A DNA stretch of 33,023 bases from an uncultured Aquaspirillum sp. Lineage in GTDB: Bacteria; Pseudomonadota; Gammaproteobacteria; Burkholderiales; Aquaspirillaceae. A program made the position numbers and the translations under genes. The number at the start of each line of letters is the position of its first letter. The first letter of the stretch is position 1. Below, one piece after another: positions 14,161-22,718 of this stretch. The DNA lies in the NCBI GenBank assembly GCA_964635875.1, contig CAZWRK010000044.1:1-33023 (forward strand). Reading direction: 5' to 3'. Below the pieces are notes generated by a model, which was not told where the DNA came from, searched no databases, and was given only the letters and a program-made list of their open reading frames with translations.

Positions 14161-15371
14161 TGCGATTTGCTTTTGCGGTGGCATGGCGATTATTGCGGGA
14201 AGGGCGGTTCCAAAGCCTGTTGATTGTCGGCGGGGTGACGCTCGGGGTCGCGGTGGTGGTGTATATCACCGCGATTGTGAATGGCCTGCAGGCAAATATC
14301 GTTGAACGCACTTTATCAACACAGGCGCATATTGTGGTGCGTCCTGCCGAAGAGGCGAATCGTCCGAGCATTACCGGTTCGCAGGAAATTTTCCATTACA
14401 TTCAAAAGCGGGTACAGCGCGAGAACACCTTACGCAATTGGCCGCCGGTGATGCAGCAAATTCGTCAGGCAGAGGGCGTCACGGCTGTTGCGGCGATGGC
14501 GAGTGGGCCGGGGTTTGCGGTACGGGGTGGGGTGCGGAAGTCGGTGTCGATCTTAGGGGTCGAACTGGTCGATTATCAACAAGTGGTCAAGCTTGACGGT
14601 AAATTGGTGGCAGGCAGCCTGACCCAGCGCACCGGCAGCGTATTGATTGGCAGCGAGTTGGCGAGTGATTTGGGGTTGCAGGTTGGGGATCGGTTGCGGA
14701 TTCAAACCGGCAATGGCGATAGCGCCTATAGCGTCGCGGGGATTTTGGACTTTGGTTTAAAAGATCTGAACCGGCGTTGGATTTTGATGCCGTTACGGGC
14801 GGCGCAGTCGATTTTGGGCTATCGCTTGGACATTACCGAAATCGACATTGCGCTGGATCATGTTTTTGATGCCACCGAGGTCGCGGCCGATTTGAGCAAT
14901 CGAACCGGACTCAAGGTCGAAAGCTGGATTGAGAGCAACGGCCAATTGATGACGGCGCTGAAAAGTCAGCGTGCGTCGAGTGTGATGATTCGGGTGTTTG
15001 TGATGATTGCGGTGGCGTTTGGGATTGCGAGTGTGTTGGTGGTGTCGGTGGTGCAGCGGCAGCGCGAGATTGGCATTTTGCGGGCGATGGGGACACCGGC
15101 TTCGCGGATTCGGTTGATCTTTTTGATTCAGGGCGGCGTGGTGGGGTTGGTCGGGTCGGTGGTCGGCTCATTGTTGGGTGGGCTGATTGCGCAGGCGTTT
15201 ACCTTGATTGCAAAAAACAGTGACGGCTCACCGTTGTTCCGCGTGGAGCTGACTGCCGAATTGTTTGTGACCACGGCGGCCACGGCGACCATTGTCGGGG
15301 TGATTTCGGCGTCTCCTCCAGCGCAGCGCGCCGCCAAGCTCGACCCTGTGGAGGCGATTCGTGGTGGATGA
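14160..15371 (+). CDS. ABC transporter permease, FtsX-like (LolC/E / MacB / DevC type)
   Basis: The N-terminal TM helix is followed by a large periplasmic domain and a C-terminal three-helix FtsX bundle ([15 protein letters not shown]...ILRAMG...). Its ATG overlaps the adaptor stop (ATAATG). Confidence 0.85.
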   Translation: MRFAFAVAWRLLREGRFQSLLIVGGVTLGVAVVVYITAIVNGLQANIVERTLSTQAHIVVRPAEEANRPSITGSQEIFHYIQKRVQRENTLRNWPPVMQQIRQAEGVTAVAAMASGPGFAVRGGVRKSVSILGVELVDYQQVVKLDGKLVAGSLTQRTGSVLIGSELASDLGLQVGDRLRIQTGNGDSAYSVAGILDFGLKDLNRRWILMPLRAAQSILGYRLDITEIDIALDHVFDATEVAADLSNRTGLKVESWIESNGQLMTALKSQRASSVMIRVFVMIAVAFGIASVLVVSVVQRQREIGILRAMGTPASRIRLIFLIQGGVVGLVGSVVGSLLGGLIAQAFTLIAKNSDGSPLFRVELTAELFVTTAATATIVGVISASPPAQRAAKLDPVEAIRGG

Positions 15372-16056
15372 TGTGTTACGTTTGCAGGGCATCCGCAAGC
15401 AGTATGGCGGCGGCGATGCGCCAGTGGTCGAGGTGTTGCACGGGATTGATTTGGCGCTGAAGTCGGGTGAGTTTTCGGCTTTGGTCGGGCCGTCTGGCTC
15501 GGGCAAATCGACTTTGCTCAACATCATTGGCTTGCTGGAAAGCCCGAGTTCGGGCGAGTTGCATTTGGCGGGTCAGCCGACGGCGCATCTGGATGATGTG
15601 GCGCGCACCGCTTTGCGGAATCAGTATTTAGGTTTTATTTTCCAATTTCACCACTTATTGCCTGCGTTTACGGCGCTCGAAAATGTGTTGATGCCGATGT
15701 ACGCCGGCGAGGGGCGGTTGCGTCCTGAGATGAAAACGCGCGCGATGATGTTGTTGGAGCGGGTCGGCTTGGCGGCGCATGCACACAAAAAACCGGTGCA
15801 ATTGTCCGGCGGCCAGCAGCAGCGGGTGGCGATTGTGCGCGCACTGGCGGCACGACCGCGCTTGGTGTTGGCGGATGAGCCAACGGGGAATTTGGACACG
15901 CAAACGGCTAACGAGGTGTTTGCGTTGCTGCATGAAATTAATCGGGATGACGGTGTGACATTTTTAATTGTGACCCATGATCCGCGATTGGCTGAACGCA
16001 CGCAGCGCTGTATTACGTTGGTGGATGGGCGGATTGATTCGGATACGCTGCAATAA
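15361..16056 (+). CDS. ABC transporter ATP-binding protein (LolD/MacB-NBD-like)
   Basis: The GPSGSGKST Walker [16 protein letters not shown] signature, [12 protein letters not shown] Walker B and H-loop are all present. It uses a GTG start that overlaps the permease stop by 11 nt. Confidence 0.9.
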   Translation: MVDDVLRLQGIRKQYGGGDAPVVEVLHGIDLALKSGEFSALVGPSGSGKSTLLNIIGLLESPSSGELHLAGQPTAHLDDVARTALRNQYLGFIFQFHHLLPAFTALENVLMPMYAGEGRLRPEMKTRAMMLLERVGLAAHAHKKPVQLSGGQQQRVAIVRALAARPRLVLADEPTGNLDTQTANEVFALLHEINRDDGVTFLIVTHDPRLAERTQRCITLVDGRIDSDTLQ

Positions 16057-16087
16057 AAAAAGCGCACCCAAACGGTGCGCTTTTTTG
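16053..16087. terminator. bidirectional Rho-independent terminator (aaaaaaa-gcgcacc-caaac-ggtgcgc-tttttt)
   Basis: A 7-bp GC stem is flanked by an A-run and a T-run. It lies between the convergent ABC ATPase and cytochrome c genes. Confidence 0.85.
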
Positions 16088-16104
16088 TCGTAGCGGGTCT
16101 TACA

Positions 16105-16860
16105 TTACTTGGAATGATTGACCATGTAAGTGACGGCTGCTTTGAACTCGGCATCGCTGCCAGAGAAGCCACCTTTAGGCGGCATGGCGTTCAGACCTTT
16201 GGTGGCCGAAGCGACCAGGGCATCCATGCCTTTGCCAACGCGCGGTGCCCAAGCGGCAGCATCACCAAATTTCGGTGCGCCTGCTGCGCCGGTTGCATGG
16301 CAAGCCATACACACGCTGTTATAAACTTCTTTGCCTTTAACTTCTGGGTCAACCTCGCCACCTGCGGCCGCACCATCTGCGCCTGCAACGGCAGGTTCGG
16401 TGAATTTACCGCCTGCTGCATTGCCCATATAGGCCACTGCGCGCGCGACTTCATCGTTGGTCAGATCTGCGCCACCGCCTTTTGCGGGCATGCCGCGAAT
16501 GCCTTCAACCGCGTGTTTGACCAGCGTTTCGTAGCCTTGGCTGATACGCGGCGCCCAAGCAGCTGCGTCGCCAAATTTTGGAGAGCCTGCCAAACCTGCG
16601 CCATGACAGGAAATACACAGGGATTTATAAACCGCCTCACCATTGCGACTTCCTGGTGCGCCGCCTTCGCTCGCCACAGACAGTCCGGCCGGTTTGATCC
16701 GTGCTGCCACCGCTTCTTTCGACATCACGCTTGCGTCGATGATCAATCCACTGGTGGCCAATTTGGCTAGAAGCCATACACCTGCACCGATCAGGGCGAC
16801 TGCGCCCACCACAATCTTGACGGCACCGCCCGACGATCCTGCGTTGTTTTCGCTACCCAT
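16105..16860 (-). CDS. dihaem cytochrome c (c4/c5-type), membrane-anchored
   Basis: It has two CxxCH motifs (CISCH, CMACH), each followed by GDAAAWAPR...MP.KGG. An N-terminal hydrophobic anchor is present. The start is chosen at MGSENN because of the AGGAAAAA RBS. The ORF track extends to 16887. Confidence 0.8.
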   Translation of the reverse strand: MGSENNAGSSGGAVKIVVGAVALIGAGVWLLAKLATSGLIIDASVMSKEAVAARIKPAGLSVASEGGAPGSRNGEAVYKSLCISCHGAGLAGSPKFGDAAAWAPRISQGYETLVKHAVEGIRGMPAKGGGADLTNDEVARAVAYMGNAAGGKFTEPAVAGADGAAAGGEVDPEVKGKEVYNSVCMACHATGAAGAPKFGDAAAWAPRVGKGMDALVASATKGLNAMPPKGGFSGSDAEFKAAVTYMVNHSK

Positions 16861-17010
16861 TTTTTCCTGCCTCGGCAAAAATGACAATTAAAAATAAGGC
16901 GGATTATACGGTAAAGCACTACGGTTGCGAAAGACTACTCTGGACGTTCTGTGCGTGAAAGGGTAACATCCGGCTTCTTCGTGCTTTTGTCGGCGCGTTT
17001 GTCTTTCAAA

Positions 17011-17087
17011 GCACCCGTAGCTCAGCTGGATAGAGTGTTGGCCTCCGAAGCCAAAGGTCGGACGTTCGAATCGTCTCGGGTGCACCA
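17011..17087 (+). tRNA. tRNA-Arg (anticodon CCG)
   Basis: The cloverleaf is readable: acceptor GCACCCG/CGGGTGC, D-arm GCTCAGCTGGATAGAGT, anticodon loop CT-CCG-AA, T-arm GGTTCGAATC, 3' CCA encoded. It is close to E. coli argX. Confidence 0.9.
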
Positions 17088-17097
17088 GAATTTAATT

Positions 17098-17126
17098 AAA
17101 AAAGGCCGTTTACGGCCTTTTTTATT
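17098..17126 (+). terminator. Rho-independent terminator after tRNA-Arg (aaggccg-ttta-cggcctttttt)
   Basis: A 7-bp stem with a 4-nt loop is followed by a T-run. Confidence 0.8.
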
Positions 17127-17315
17127 GCCTGCATTTTTTCTGAATTTCTCTTTTATTGCCGTGGCATGCGGTTGTTCTGGCGTCGTTTATCCGTTTTTCA
17201 TGATGGTGATCTGCGTAGGGCATTCGCTGTGTAAATGCTCTGCAGCACCGATTGAGCATGCGGTGTTGCGTGCCATAAGATGTCGATTTAAACGTTATTT
17301 TGACCGGAGAAATCG

Positions 17316-17798
17316 ATGTCAAATTCCTTGCCCCCTATCGCGGTCTCGGCCTTAGAAGTTGCGCCTTTGTCGAAACCTTCTGTGTATCCCGAACCGTTTG
17401 CATCGCGTATGGCTGGCCGTGAAAAGCGCAAATTAGGCGATGTGTTTGGTTTGTCGAATTTTGGGGTGAATTTGACACGGCTGATGCCAAAGAGTTGCTC
17501 GGCTTTGCGTCATGCGCATACCACGCAAGATGAATTCATTTATATCGTTTCGGGCTGTCCGACGCTGGTGACTGATCAAGGCGAGATGCTGTTATCGCCG
17601 GGCATGTGTGCGGGTTTTCGAGCAGGAACGGGCAATGCACATCGGTTGGTGAATCATAGTGATGAAGAGGTGCTGTTTTTGGAGGTGGGCGACCGTACCG
17701 CTGGCGATCGCGTGGTTTATCCCGAGGACGATTTGCAGGCGGTCATGGGAGCCGATGGCGCATGGCAATTTGCCCACAAAAATGGCGAGCCGTATTGA
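17316..17798 (+). CDS. cupin domain protein (cupin_2 family)
   Basis: The two-motif cupin signature is spread over HAHTTQDEFIYIVSG...G..H...N (G(X)5HXH-like and G(X)5PXG(X)2H(X)3N-like spacing). Length is 160 aa. Confidence 0.65.
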   Translation: MSNSLPPIAVSALEVAPLSKPSVYPEPFASRMAGREKRKLGDVFGLSNFGVNLTRLMPKSCSALRHAHTTQDEFIYIVSGCPTLVTDQGEMLLSPGMCAGFRAGTGNAHRLVNHSDEEVLFLEVGDRTAGDRVVYPEDDLQAVMGADGAWQFAHKNGEPY

Positions 17799-17875
17799 GC
17801 TGTTTGTGATGAGCCTTGCCTTTTTGATGAGGTGAGGTTTTTTTGTTTGAAGGTTTGATGTGAATCATTTTGCTT

Positions 17876-17894
17876 GAAAATGAGATTGACTATC
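17876..17894 (+). promoter_or_regulatory. putative Fur box (GAAAATGAGATTGACTATC, 14/19 to GATAATGATAATCATTATC) overlapping the tonB promoter
   Basis: Hand alignment to the Fur consensus. It sits 15 nt upstream of the tonB ATG. A further AATCATTTT hexamer-like element lies at 17863-17871. Confidence 0.4.
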
Positions 17895-17908
17895 ATTAAC
17901 ATGCGCGG

Positions 17909-18607
17909 ATGGCACATAAAACCTCTCTTTCCATTTCTTTTTTCGGCGCGCTTCTCGTGCACGTCCTGCTCTTTTGGGCGGTGCAGTCGCAGCGGCTTGC
18001 TGTCGCGACACCACCTATTCCGTTGATTGCTCACATGACGGCGGTCTCCGTGGCCGAGCGTGAACAGCCTCAGCCGCCCGCGGCGACATCAGAGGCCAAA
18101 CCCTCAACACCTCGCCAGACACCTCAGTCTAAACCCGCGTCTTCGCGCCCACGCCCCTCTCGGCCAGCAGAGGCTTTGATGCCGGTTTCTTCTGCTGCAG
18201 CGCAGACGCGTCGTGTGGCACCCGCGGCCGATACCGCGACACCGCAGGCGGAGGCTGACCACACGCGTACCGAAACAACAGGCGCGCGTACCGAGTCAAC
18301 TGCAGCAACGGGGGCGACGACACCGCCTTCCTTTTCGGCGGCGTATCTTTCTAATCCAGAGCCTGCGTACCCTTCCGCGTCACTAGAGCTGGGAGAGTCT
18401 GGGCAGGTGCTATTGCGTGTTGTTGTGAGCGCAGAAGGGCGCGCGCTCTCGGTTGAACTTGCAAAAAGTAGTGGATTTGCGCGGCTTGATCGTGCAGCAC
18501 GTCAGGCCGTGAAGCAGTGGCGCTTTGCACCGGCTCGCCGTGGTAGCGAGGCGGTTGAAGGTGTGGTGTTGGTTCCAATTCAATTTCAAATCAAGCGGCA
18601 GGAATAA
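17909..18607 (+). CDS. tonB: energy transducer TonB
   Basis: An N-terminal TM anchor is followed by a Pro-rich spacer (PQPPAATSEAKPSTPRQTPQSKPASSRPRPSRP). The C-terminal TonB domain (YPSASLELGESGQVLLRVVVSAEGRALSVELAKSSGFARLDRAARQAVKQWRFAP) is present. Confidence 0.85.
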   Translation: MAHKTSLSISFFGALLVHVLLFWAVQSQRLAVATPPIPLIAHMTAVSVAEREQPQPPAATSEAKPSTPRQTPQSKPASSRPRPSRPAEALMPVSSAAAQTRRVAPAADTATPQAEADHTRTETTGARTESTAATGATTPPSFSAAYLSNPEPAYPSASLELGESGQVLLRVVVSAEGRALSVELAKSSGFARLDRAARQAVKQWRFAPARRGSEAVEGVVLVPIQFQIKRQE

Positions 18608-18612
18608 ATCTT

Positions 18613-19296
18613 ATGGATCTCAGTTTAGTTTTTCGTCAAGGCGACAGCATTTTGATTGGTGTTTTTCTTCTGCTGCTGCTGATGTCCCTCACCAGCTGGT
18701 GCTTTATCTTGCATCGCGCGTGGGTGGGGTGGCGAACCAAACGAGAAAGTGCGCAATGGATACAGTCATTTTGGGCGCAAGAAAGTTTGGCGAGCGCTGC
18801 GCCGCTTGCGCAACAAACAGAAGTCCCGTTTGCGCGGATTGCTTTATCGGGCTTGGATGCGCTGGCGCATTACGTACGCCATCAGCACCAGTCTTTAGGA
18901 AGTGCATGTGGTGTGGATGAATTTTTGGTGCGCAGCATTCGCATGGCTTTGATGCGTGAAAATGCCCGCTTAGAGTCTGGCCTTACATGGCTAGCAACAG
19001 TCGGGGCCGTGGCACCATTTGTCGGTCTTTTTGGCACCGTCTGGGGGATTTACCACGCTCTATTGGGAATGGGGGCGGCGACAGGGCCGATGACGTTGGC
19101 GACGGTGTCCGGTCCAGTGGGTGAGGCATTGGTGGCGACAGCGGCTGGGCTTGCTGCAGCGATTCCTGCCGTGGTGGCGTACAACGCTTTTGTGCGTGCC
19201 AATCGGATACAGCACCAGCAAATGGATGGTTTTGCACACGATTTGCATGCGCAACTATTGGTTTCAGGAGTCGACGATGGCCTTCGGACAGTTTAA
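18613..19296 (+). CDS. exbB: biopolymer transport protein ExbB (MotA/TolQ/ExbB proton channel)
   Basis: Three TM helices are present, plus the conserved GLFGTVWGI and TTAAGLAAAIPAVVAYN motifs. It starts 5 nt after tonB. Confidence 0.85.
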   Translation: MDLSLVFRQGDSILIGVFLLLLLMSLTSWCFILHRAWVGWRTKRESAQWIQSFWAQESLASAAPLAQQTEVPFARIALSGLDALAHYVRHQHQSLGSACGVDEFLVRSIRMALMRENARLESGLTWLATVGAVAPFVGLFGTVWGIYHALLGMGAATGPMTLATVSGPVGEALVATAAGLAAAIPAVVAYNAFVRANRIQHQQMDGFAHDLHAQLLVSGVDDGLRTV

Positions 19297-19693
19297 CCAA
19301 GAGGGCGGAAATCCGCCGATTGCAGAGATCAATACCACGCCACTCGTCGATGTGATGTTGGTGTTGCTAGTGGTATTTATGATCACCGCTCCACTCATGA
19401 GCCAATCGATTCAAGTGCAATTACCGCAAGTGCAAGCCGGCGCGCACGAGGATAAACCCGAGGCGATTCGCCTGACGATTGATGCGACCGAGCAGGTGTT
19501 TTGGAATGATCAGGCGATCGAACACGCTGGATTAGCGGCTCGTTTTACTGCAGCCAGCGCGCAAAACCCTGCGATTGAGCTGCATTTGCGCGCAGATCAG
19601 GCGGTGCCTTATCGCGTTGTTGCGAATGTGATTGCGGCTGCGCAAGGGAACGGCGTGAGCAAAATTGGTTTTCTGACCGATGCGCCGAAGTAA
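19277..19693 (+). CDS. exbD: biopolymer transport protein ExbD
   Basis: The N-terminus reads INTTPLVDVMLVLLVVFMITAPLM (ExbD/TolR N-terminus). The AGGAG RBS lies at 19265-19269. It overlaps the exbB 3' end by 20 nt. The ORF track N-terminal extension from 19121 is rejected. Confidence 0.85.
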   Translation: MAFGQFNQEGGNPPIAEINTTPLVDVMLVLLVVFMITAPLMSQSIQVQLPQVQAGAHEDKPEAIRLTIDATEQVFWNDQAIEHAGLAARFTAASAQNPAIELHLRADQAVPYRVVANVIAAAQGNGVSKIGFLTDAPK

Positions 19694-19748
19694 AACGCTC
19701 TAAATGGGTGCTTTTTTTGTTGTTTTAAATGAGAATGGGAATTGATAG

Positions 19749-21956
19749 ATGGAAAATCTTTCGCGGGTGCCGGTCGGCGTGCGTTCAAAAAAACACCCCA
19801 CCACACTGATTGCCGGTGTGATGGCGCTGACTCTGAGTCCAAACCTCGTGTATGCCGCCAATGCCAACGCCTCTGAGGCCGATTCGCCCAAAGCCGCCGC
19901 GCAAACCCTCGCCCCGGTCAAAGTGATTGGCAACCAGCAAGGTGCGCCCACCACCGGATACAAAGCAGAAACGACCCGCATCGGCAAAGTGAAGCAAGAC
20001 CTGAAAGACGTGCCACAAGCCGTGAGCGTTGTGACCCAGACACTGATGGAAGAGCAAGGCGCGGCCAATCTAAAAGATGTGCTTAAAAACGTATCCGGCA
20101 TCACCTTTGCCGCAGGCGAAGGCGGTCGCAGCGGTGACCAAGTCATCCTGCGCGGATTTGCCGCGTTCAATGATATGTATCGCGATGGACAACGCGACGT
20201 CGCGCAATACAATCGTGACCCGTTTAACGACGAACGTGTTGAAGTGCTAAAAGGTGCAAGCTCGATGCTGTTTGGTCGCGGCTCCACCGGTGGTGTTATT
20301 AACCAAGTGAGCAAAACGCCTTTTATCGGCAAACTTCTCGACGCCGATGCCACCGTGGGCAGCAATGACTACCAGCGCATGACCGTAGACATGAATGCGG
20401 CCTACTCCGAGACCAGCGCGGTTCGCCTCAACCTCATGGCGACAAAAGACGGCTCACCGAATGGCGAATCTGAATCTAAACGCTGGGGTTTTTCGCCCTC
20501 CATCGCATTTGGTCTCGGTACGCCAACCACATTAGTTCTGTCACATCATCACCTGACCGAAAACAACCGCCCCGATCTTGGGGTGCCGTACGACCCGAAT
20601 ACCAAAAGGCCACTCGACGTGCCGGTATCGCGTTACTACGGGATCAACGGCCTGAATGCCGAAGACATCACTACCGACATCACCACCGCGCGCTTGACCC
20701 ACAAACTGAGCGAAGACAGCGAAATCAGTGCACAGCTGCGTCATGGTCGTTACGATCGCTCGATTCTCGTAACCGCGCCGCGCCTCTCTGGTGTCAGTGC
20801 AGGCATGCCGATCACCGATTCAACGGTGATTACTGCTTCGCCCAAACTGCGCGCCTCACTGAACGAAACCACGGCCGTTTCGGTGGATTATTCCAGCCAA
20901 TTTAAAACGGGTAGCCTTCGTCACACCCTCTTGGCCGGTGTTGAATTTACGCACGATACCCAAGATGCCCGCTCCATCATCGCTACCGGCACCATCCCGA
21001 CCATGACCGTCGGTTCGCCGAATTCAGGCGGCTGGAATGGCTCGCTGACGCAGCGCCCAAGCAACGAATACCAAACCGATAACTGGGCGATGTATGTCAC
21101 GGACACTATTGACCTGACCCCGCATTGGAAAGTGATGGCCGGTGTGCGTCTCGATAAACTCGAAGGCACTTACACCAGCTACAACACCACAACCGGTGCC
21201 GTCACCGGCCGTACCCGCCGCGAAGATCAAGGCATGAGTTATCGCGCGGGCGTGATTTGGCAGCCGACCGTGGAACAAAGCTACTACGCCGGCTATAGCA
21301 CGCTGATGAATCCCTCGGGCGAAACCTATGCCCTGGACAAGCCCGGCGAATCGGTCTCGCCCGAGCGCAACGAGCATTACGAAATCGGGGCGAAATGGGA
21401 TCTGCTCGATGGTGACTTGAGCCTGAGAACCGCTGCGTTCCGTACCATCAAAATCAACGAGCGCAATACCGACCCGCTGATTCCGACCGTGTCTGTGCTG
21501 TACAGCAAACGCCACACCGACGGGATTGAGTTCGAATTGGCGGGTAAATTGACACCCGAATGGTCGGTTTTTGCTGGTGCCACGTTGATGGATCCGAAGA
21601 TCGACCAAGGCTATAACACCAACGCCAATAACGGCGCGGTGCCAAAATACACGCCGAAGCAAACCTTCAATCTGTGGACAAACTATCAGTTCTCCGATCA
21701 TTGGTCTGCCGGTATTGGTGCGTATTACGTCGGTAAAACCTATGCCAGCGACAGCAATGCCGATCAATCCAATACTAACTATCTGCCGGCTTACACTCGC
21801 TTCGATGCGATGGTCGCCTACGATACGCGGCACTATTCGGTCAAACTCAACCTCAACAACCTGACCAACCGCAAATACTACGATGGTCAATACGGTGGTC
21901 ATGCCACTGTTGCGCCGCCGCGTGAAGCGATGTTGACGCTATCGTATAAATATTGA
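19749..21956 (+). CDS. TonB-dependent outer-membrane receptor (siderophore/catecholate-type)
   Basis: A signal peptide ends ...LVYA|ANA. The TonB box/plug region reads LAPVKVIGNQ...ETTRIGKVKQDLKDVPQAVSVVTQTLMEEQGAANLKDVLKNVSGITF. The rest is a long beta-barrel with a C-terminal aromatic residue. Confidence 0.9.
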   Translation: MENLSRVPVGVRSKKHPTTLIAGVMALTLSPNLVYAANANASEADSPKAAAQTLAPVKVIGNQQGAPTTGYKAETTRIGKVKQDLKDVPQAVSVVTQTLMEEQGAANLKDVLKNVSGITFAAGEGGRSGDQVILRGFAAFNDMYRDGQRDVAQYNRDPFNDERVEVLKGASSMLFGRGSTGGVINQVSKTPFIGKLLDADATVGSNDYQRMTVDMNAAYSETSAVRLNLMATKDGSPNGESESKRWGFSPSIAFGLGTPTTLVLSHHHLTENNRPDLGVPYDPNTKRPLDVPVSRYYGINGLNAEDITTDITTARLTHKLSEDSEISAQLRHGRYDRSILVTAPRLSGVSAGMPITDSTVITASPKLRASLNETTAVSVDYSSQFKTGSLRHTLLAGVEFTHDTQDARSIIATGTIPTMTVGSPNSGGWNGSLTQRPSNEYQTDNWAMYVTDTIDLTPHWKVMAGVRLDKLEGTYTSYNTTTGAVTGRTRREDQGMSYRAGVIWQPTVEQSYYAGYSTLMNPSGETYALDKPGESVSPERNEHYEIGAKWDLLDGDLSLRTAAFRTIKINERNTDPLIPTVSVLYSKRHTDGIEFELAGKLTPEWSVFAGATLMDPKIDQGYNTNANNGAVPKYTPKQTFNLWTNYQFSDHWSAGIGAYYVGKTYASDSNADQSNTNYLPAYTRFDAMVAYDTRHYSVKLNLNNLTNRKYYDGQYGGHATVAPPREAMLTLSYKY

Positions 21957-21972
21957 GAGAAAGGCCGAACCG

Positions 21973-22653
21973 ATGTTGTTGCATATTCCAAATGTGCTCT
22001 CTGGCGAGTTGTTGACACAGGCGCATCAGCTTTTGTCTGAAGCACCTTGGCAGGATGGTCGCACCACGACCGGCATTCAGTCCGCGCAGGTGAAGCACAA
22101 TCTGCAATTGGTGCAAACGGATCCTAAAACCTTGGAATTGGCGAAGCTGGTGCTCTCGGCGTTGAATCGTAATGCGCTGTTCTTTTCGGCGGCTTTGCCG
22201 AATCGGATTCATCTGCCGATGTTCAACTGCTATCAAGGGGGCATGCACTTTGGCAATCATGTTGACAACGCGGTTCGCCGTGACCCGCTCACCCAAGAAT
22301 GGGTGCGCACCGATGTTTCGTGCACCTTGTTTCTCAACGAACCCGATCAATACGAAGGCGGCGAGCTGATTATTGATGACACCTACGGCAGCCACTCGGT
22401 GAAACTGCCCGCCGGTGACATGATTCTCTATCCCTCCACCAGTGTGCATCGGGTCGAGCCGGTCACTGCAGGGCAACGCGTCGCGTGTTTTTTCTGGACG
22501 CAAAGTCTGGTGCGCGACGCCAATGCCCGCTCGATTTTGTTTGAGATGGACGCGGCCATTTCGAGTTTGCGGCAGCGCCTCGGCGAGTCCGACGAAACGG
22601 TAAAACTAACTTCGGCCTATCACAATCTTTTGCGGCAATGGAGCGAAGCATAA
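21973..22653 (+). CDS. PKHD-type Fe(II)/2-oxoglutarate-dependent hydroxylase (PiuC/YbiX family)
   Basis: The HxD...H facial triad context is present (FGNHVDNA ... STSVHRVEPV) with PiuC-like length. It lies 16 nt downstream of the TonB-dependent receptor. The pairing mirrors E. coli fiu-ybiX and Pseudomonas piuA-piuC. Confidence 0.8.
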   Translation: MLLHIPNVLSGELLTQAHQLLSEAPWQDGRTTTGIQSAQVKHNLQLVQTDPKTLELAKLVLSALNRNALFFSAALPNRIHLPMFNCYQGGMHFGNHVDNAVRRDPLTQEWVRTDVSCTLFLNEPDQYEGGELIIDDTYGSHSVKLPAGDMILYPSTSVHRVEPVTAGQRVACFFWTQSLVRDANARSILFEMDAAISSLRQRLGESDETVKLTSAYHNLLRQWSEA

Positions 22654-22670
22654 TCCGTTGATTCCGCGAC

Positions 22671-22706
22671 AAGGCCGCCGTGCGTCATGCATCGGCGGCC
22701 TTTTTG
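22671..22706. terminator. bidirectional terminator (ggccgccg-12 nt loop-cggcggcc-ttttt)
   Basis: An 8-bp GC stem is followed by a T-run. It lies between the convergent piuC-like and capA-like genes. Confidence 0.75.
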
Positions 22707-22718
22707 TTGGATGTCGAT

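Noticed and set aside
12348-14184. Minus-strand ORFs 12348-13019 and 13408-14184 opposite argE and the adaptor gene
   Set aside because: Shadow ORFs. Their composition is Arg/Pro-rich.
16075-16770. 231-aa plus-strand Cys-rich ORF opposite the cytochrome c gene
   Set aside because: It is antisense to a gene with clear CxxCH motifs and a signal anchor. The Cys richness comes from GCA/GCC codons read in reverse.
17088-17315. Possible genomic-island junction downstream of tRNA-Arg
   Set aside because: No integrase and no tRNA 3'-end direct repeat found by eye. Composition continues at the genome norm.
16951-17355. 134-aa ORF spanning the tRNA-Arg gene
   Set aside because: It runs straight through a structural tRNA and its terminator, so it is not coding.
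21024-21902. 292-aa minus-strand ORF inside the TonB-dependent receptor gene, plus 19700-20365 on the minus strand
   Set aside because: They are antisense to the receptor CDS. No RBS and no recognisable domain.
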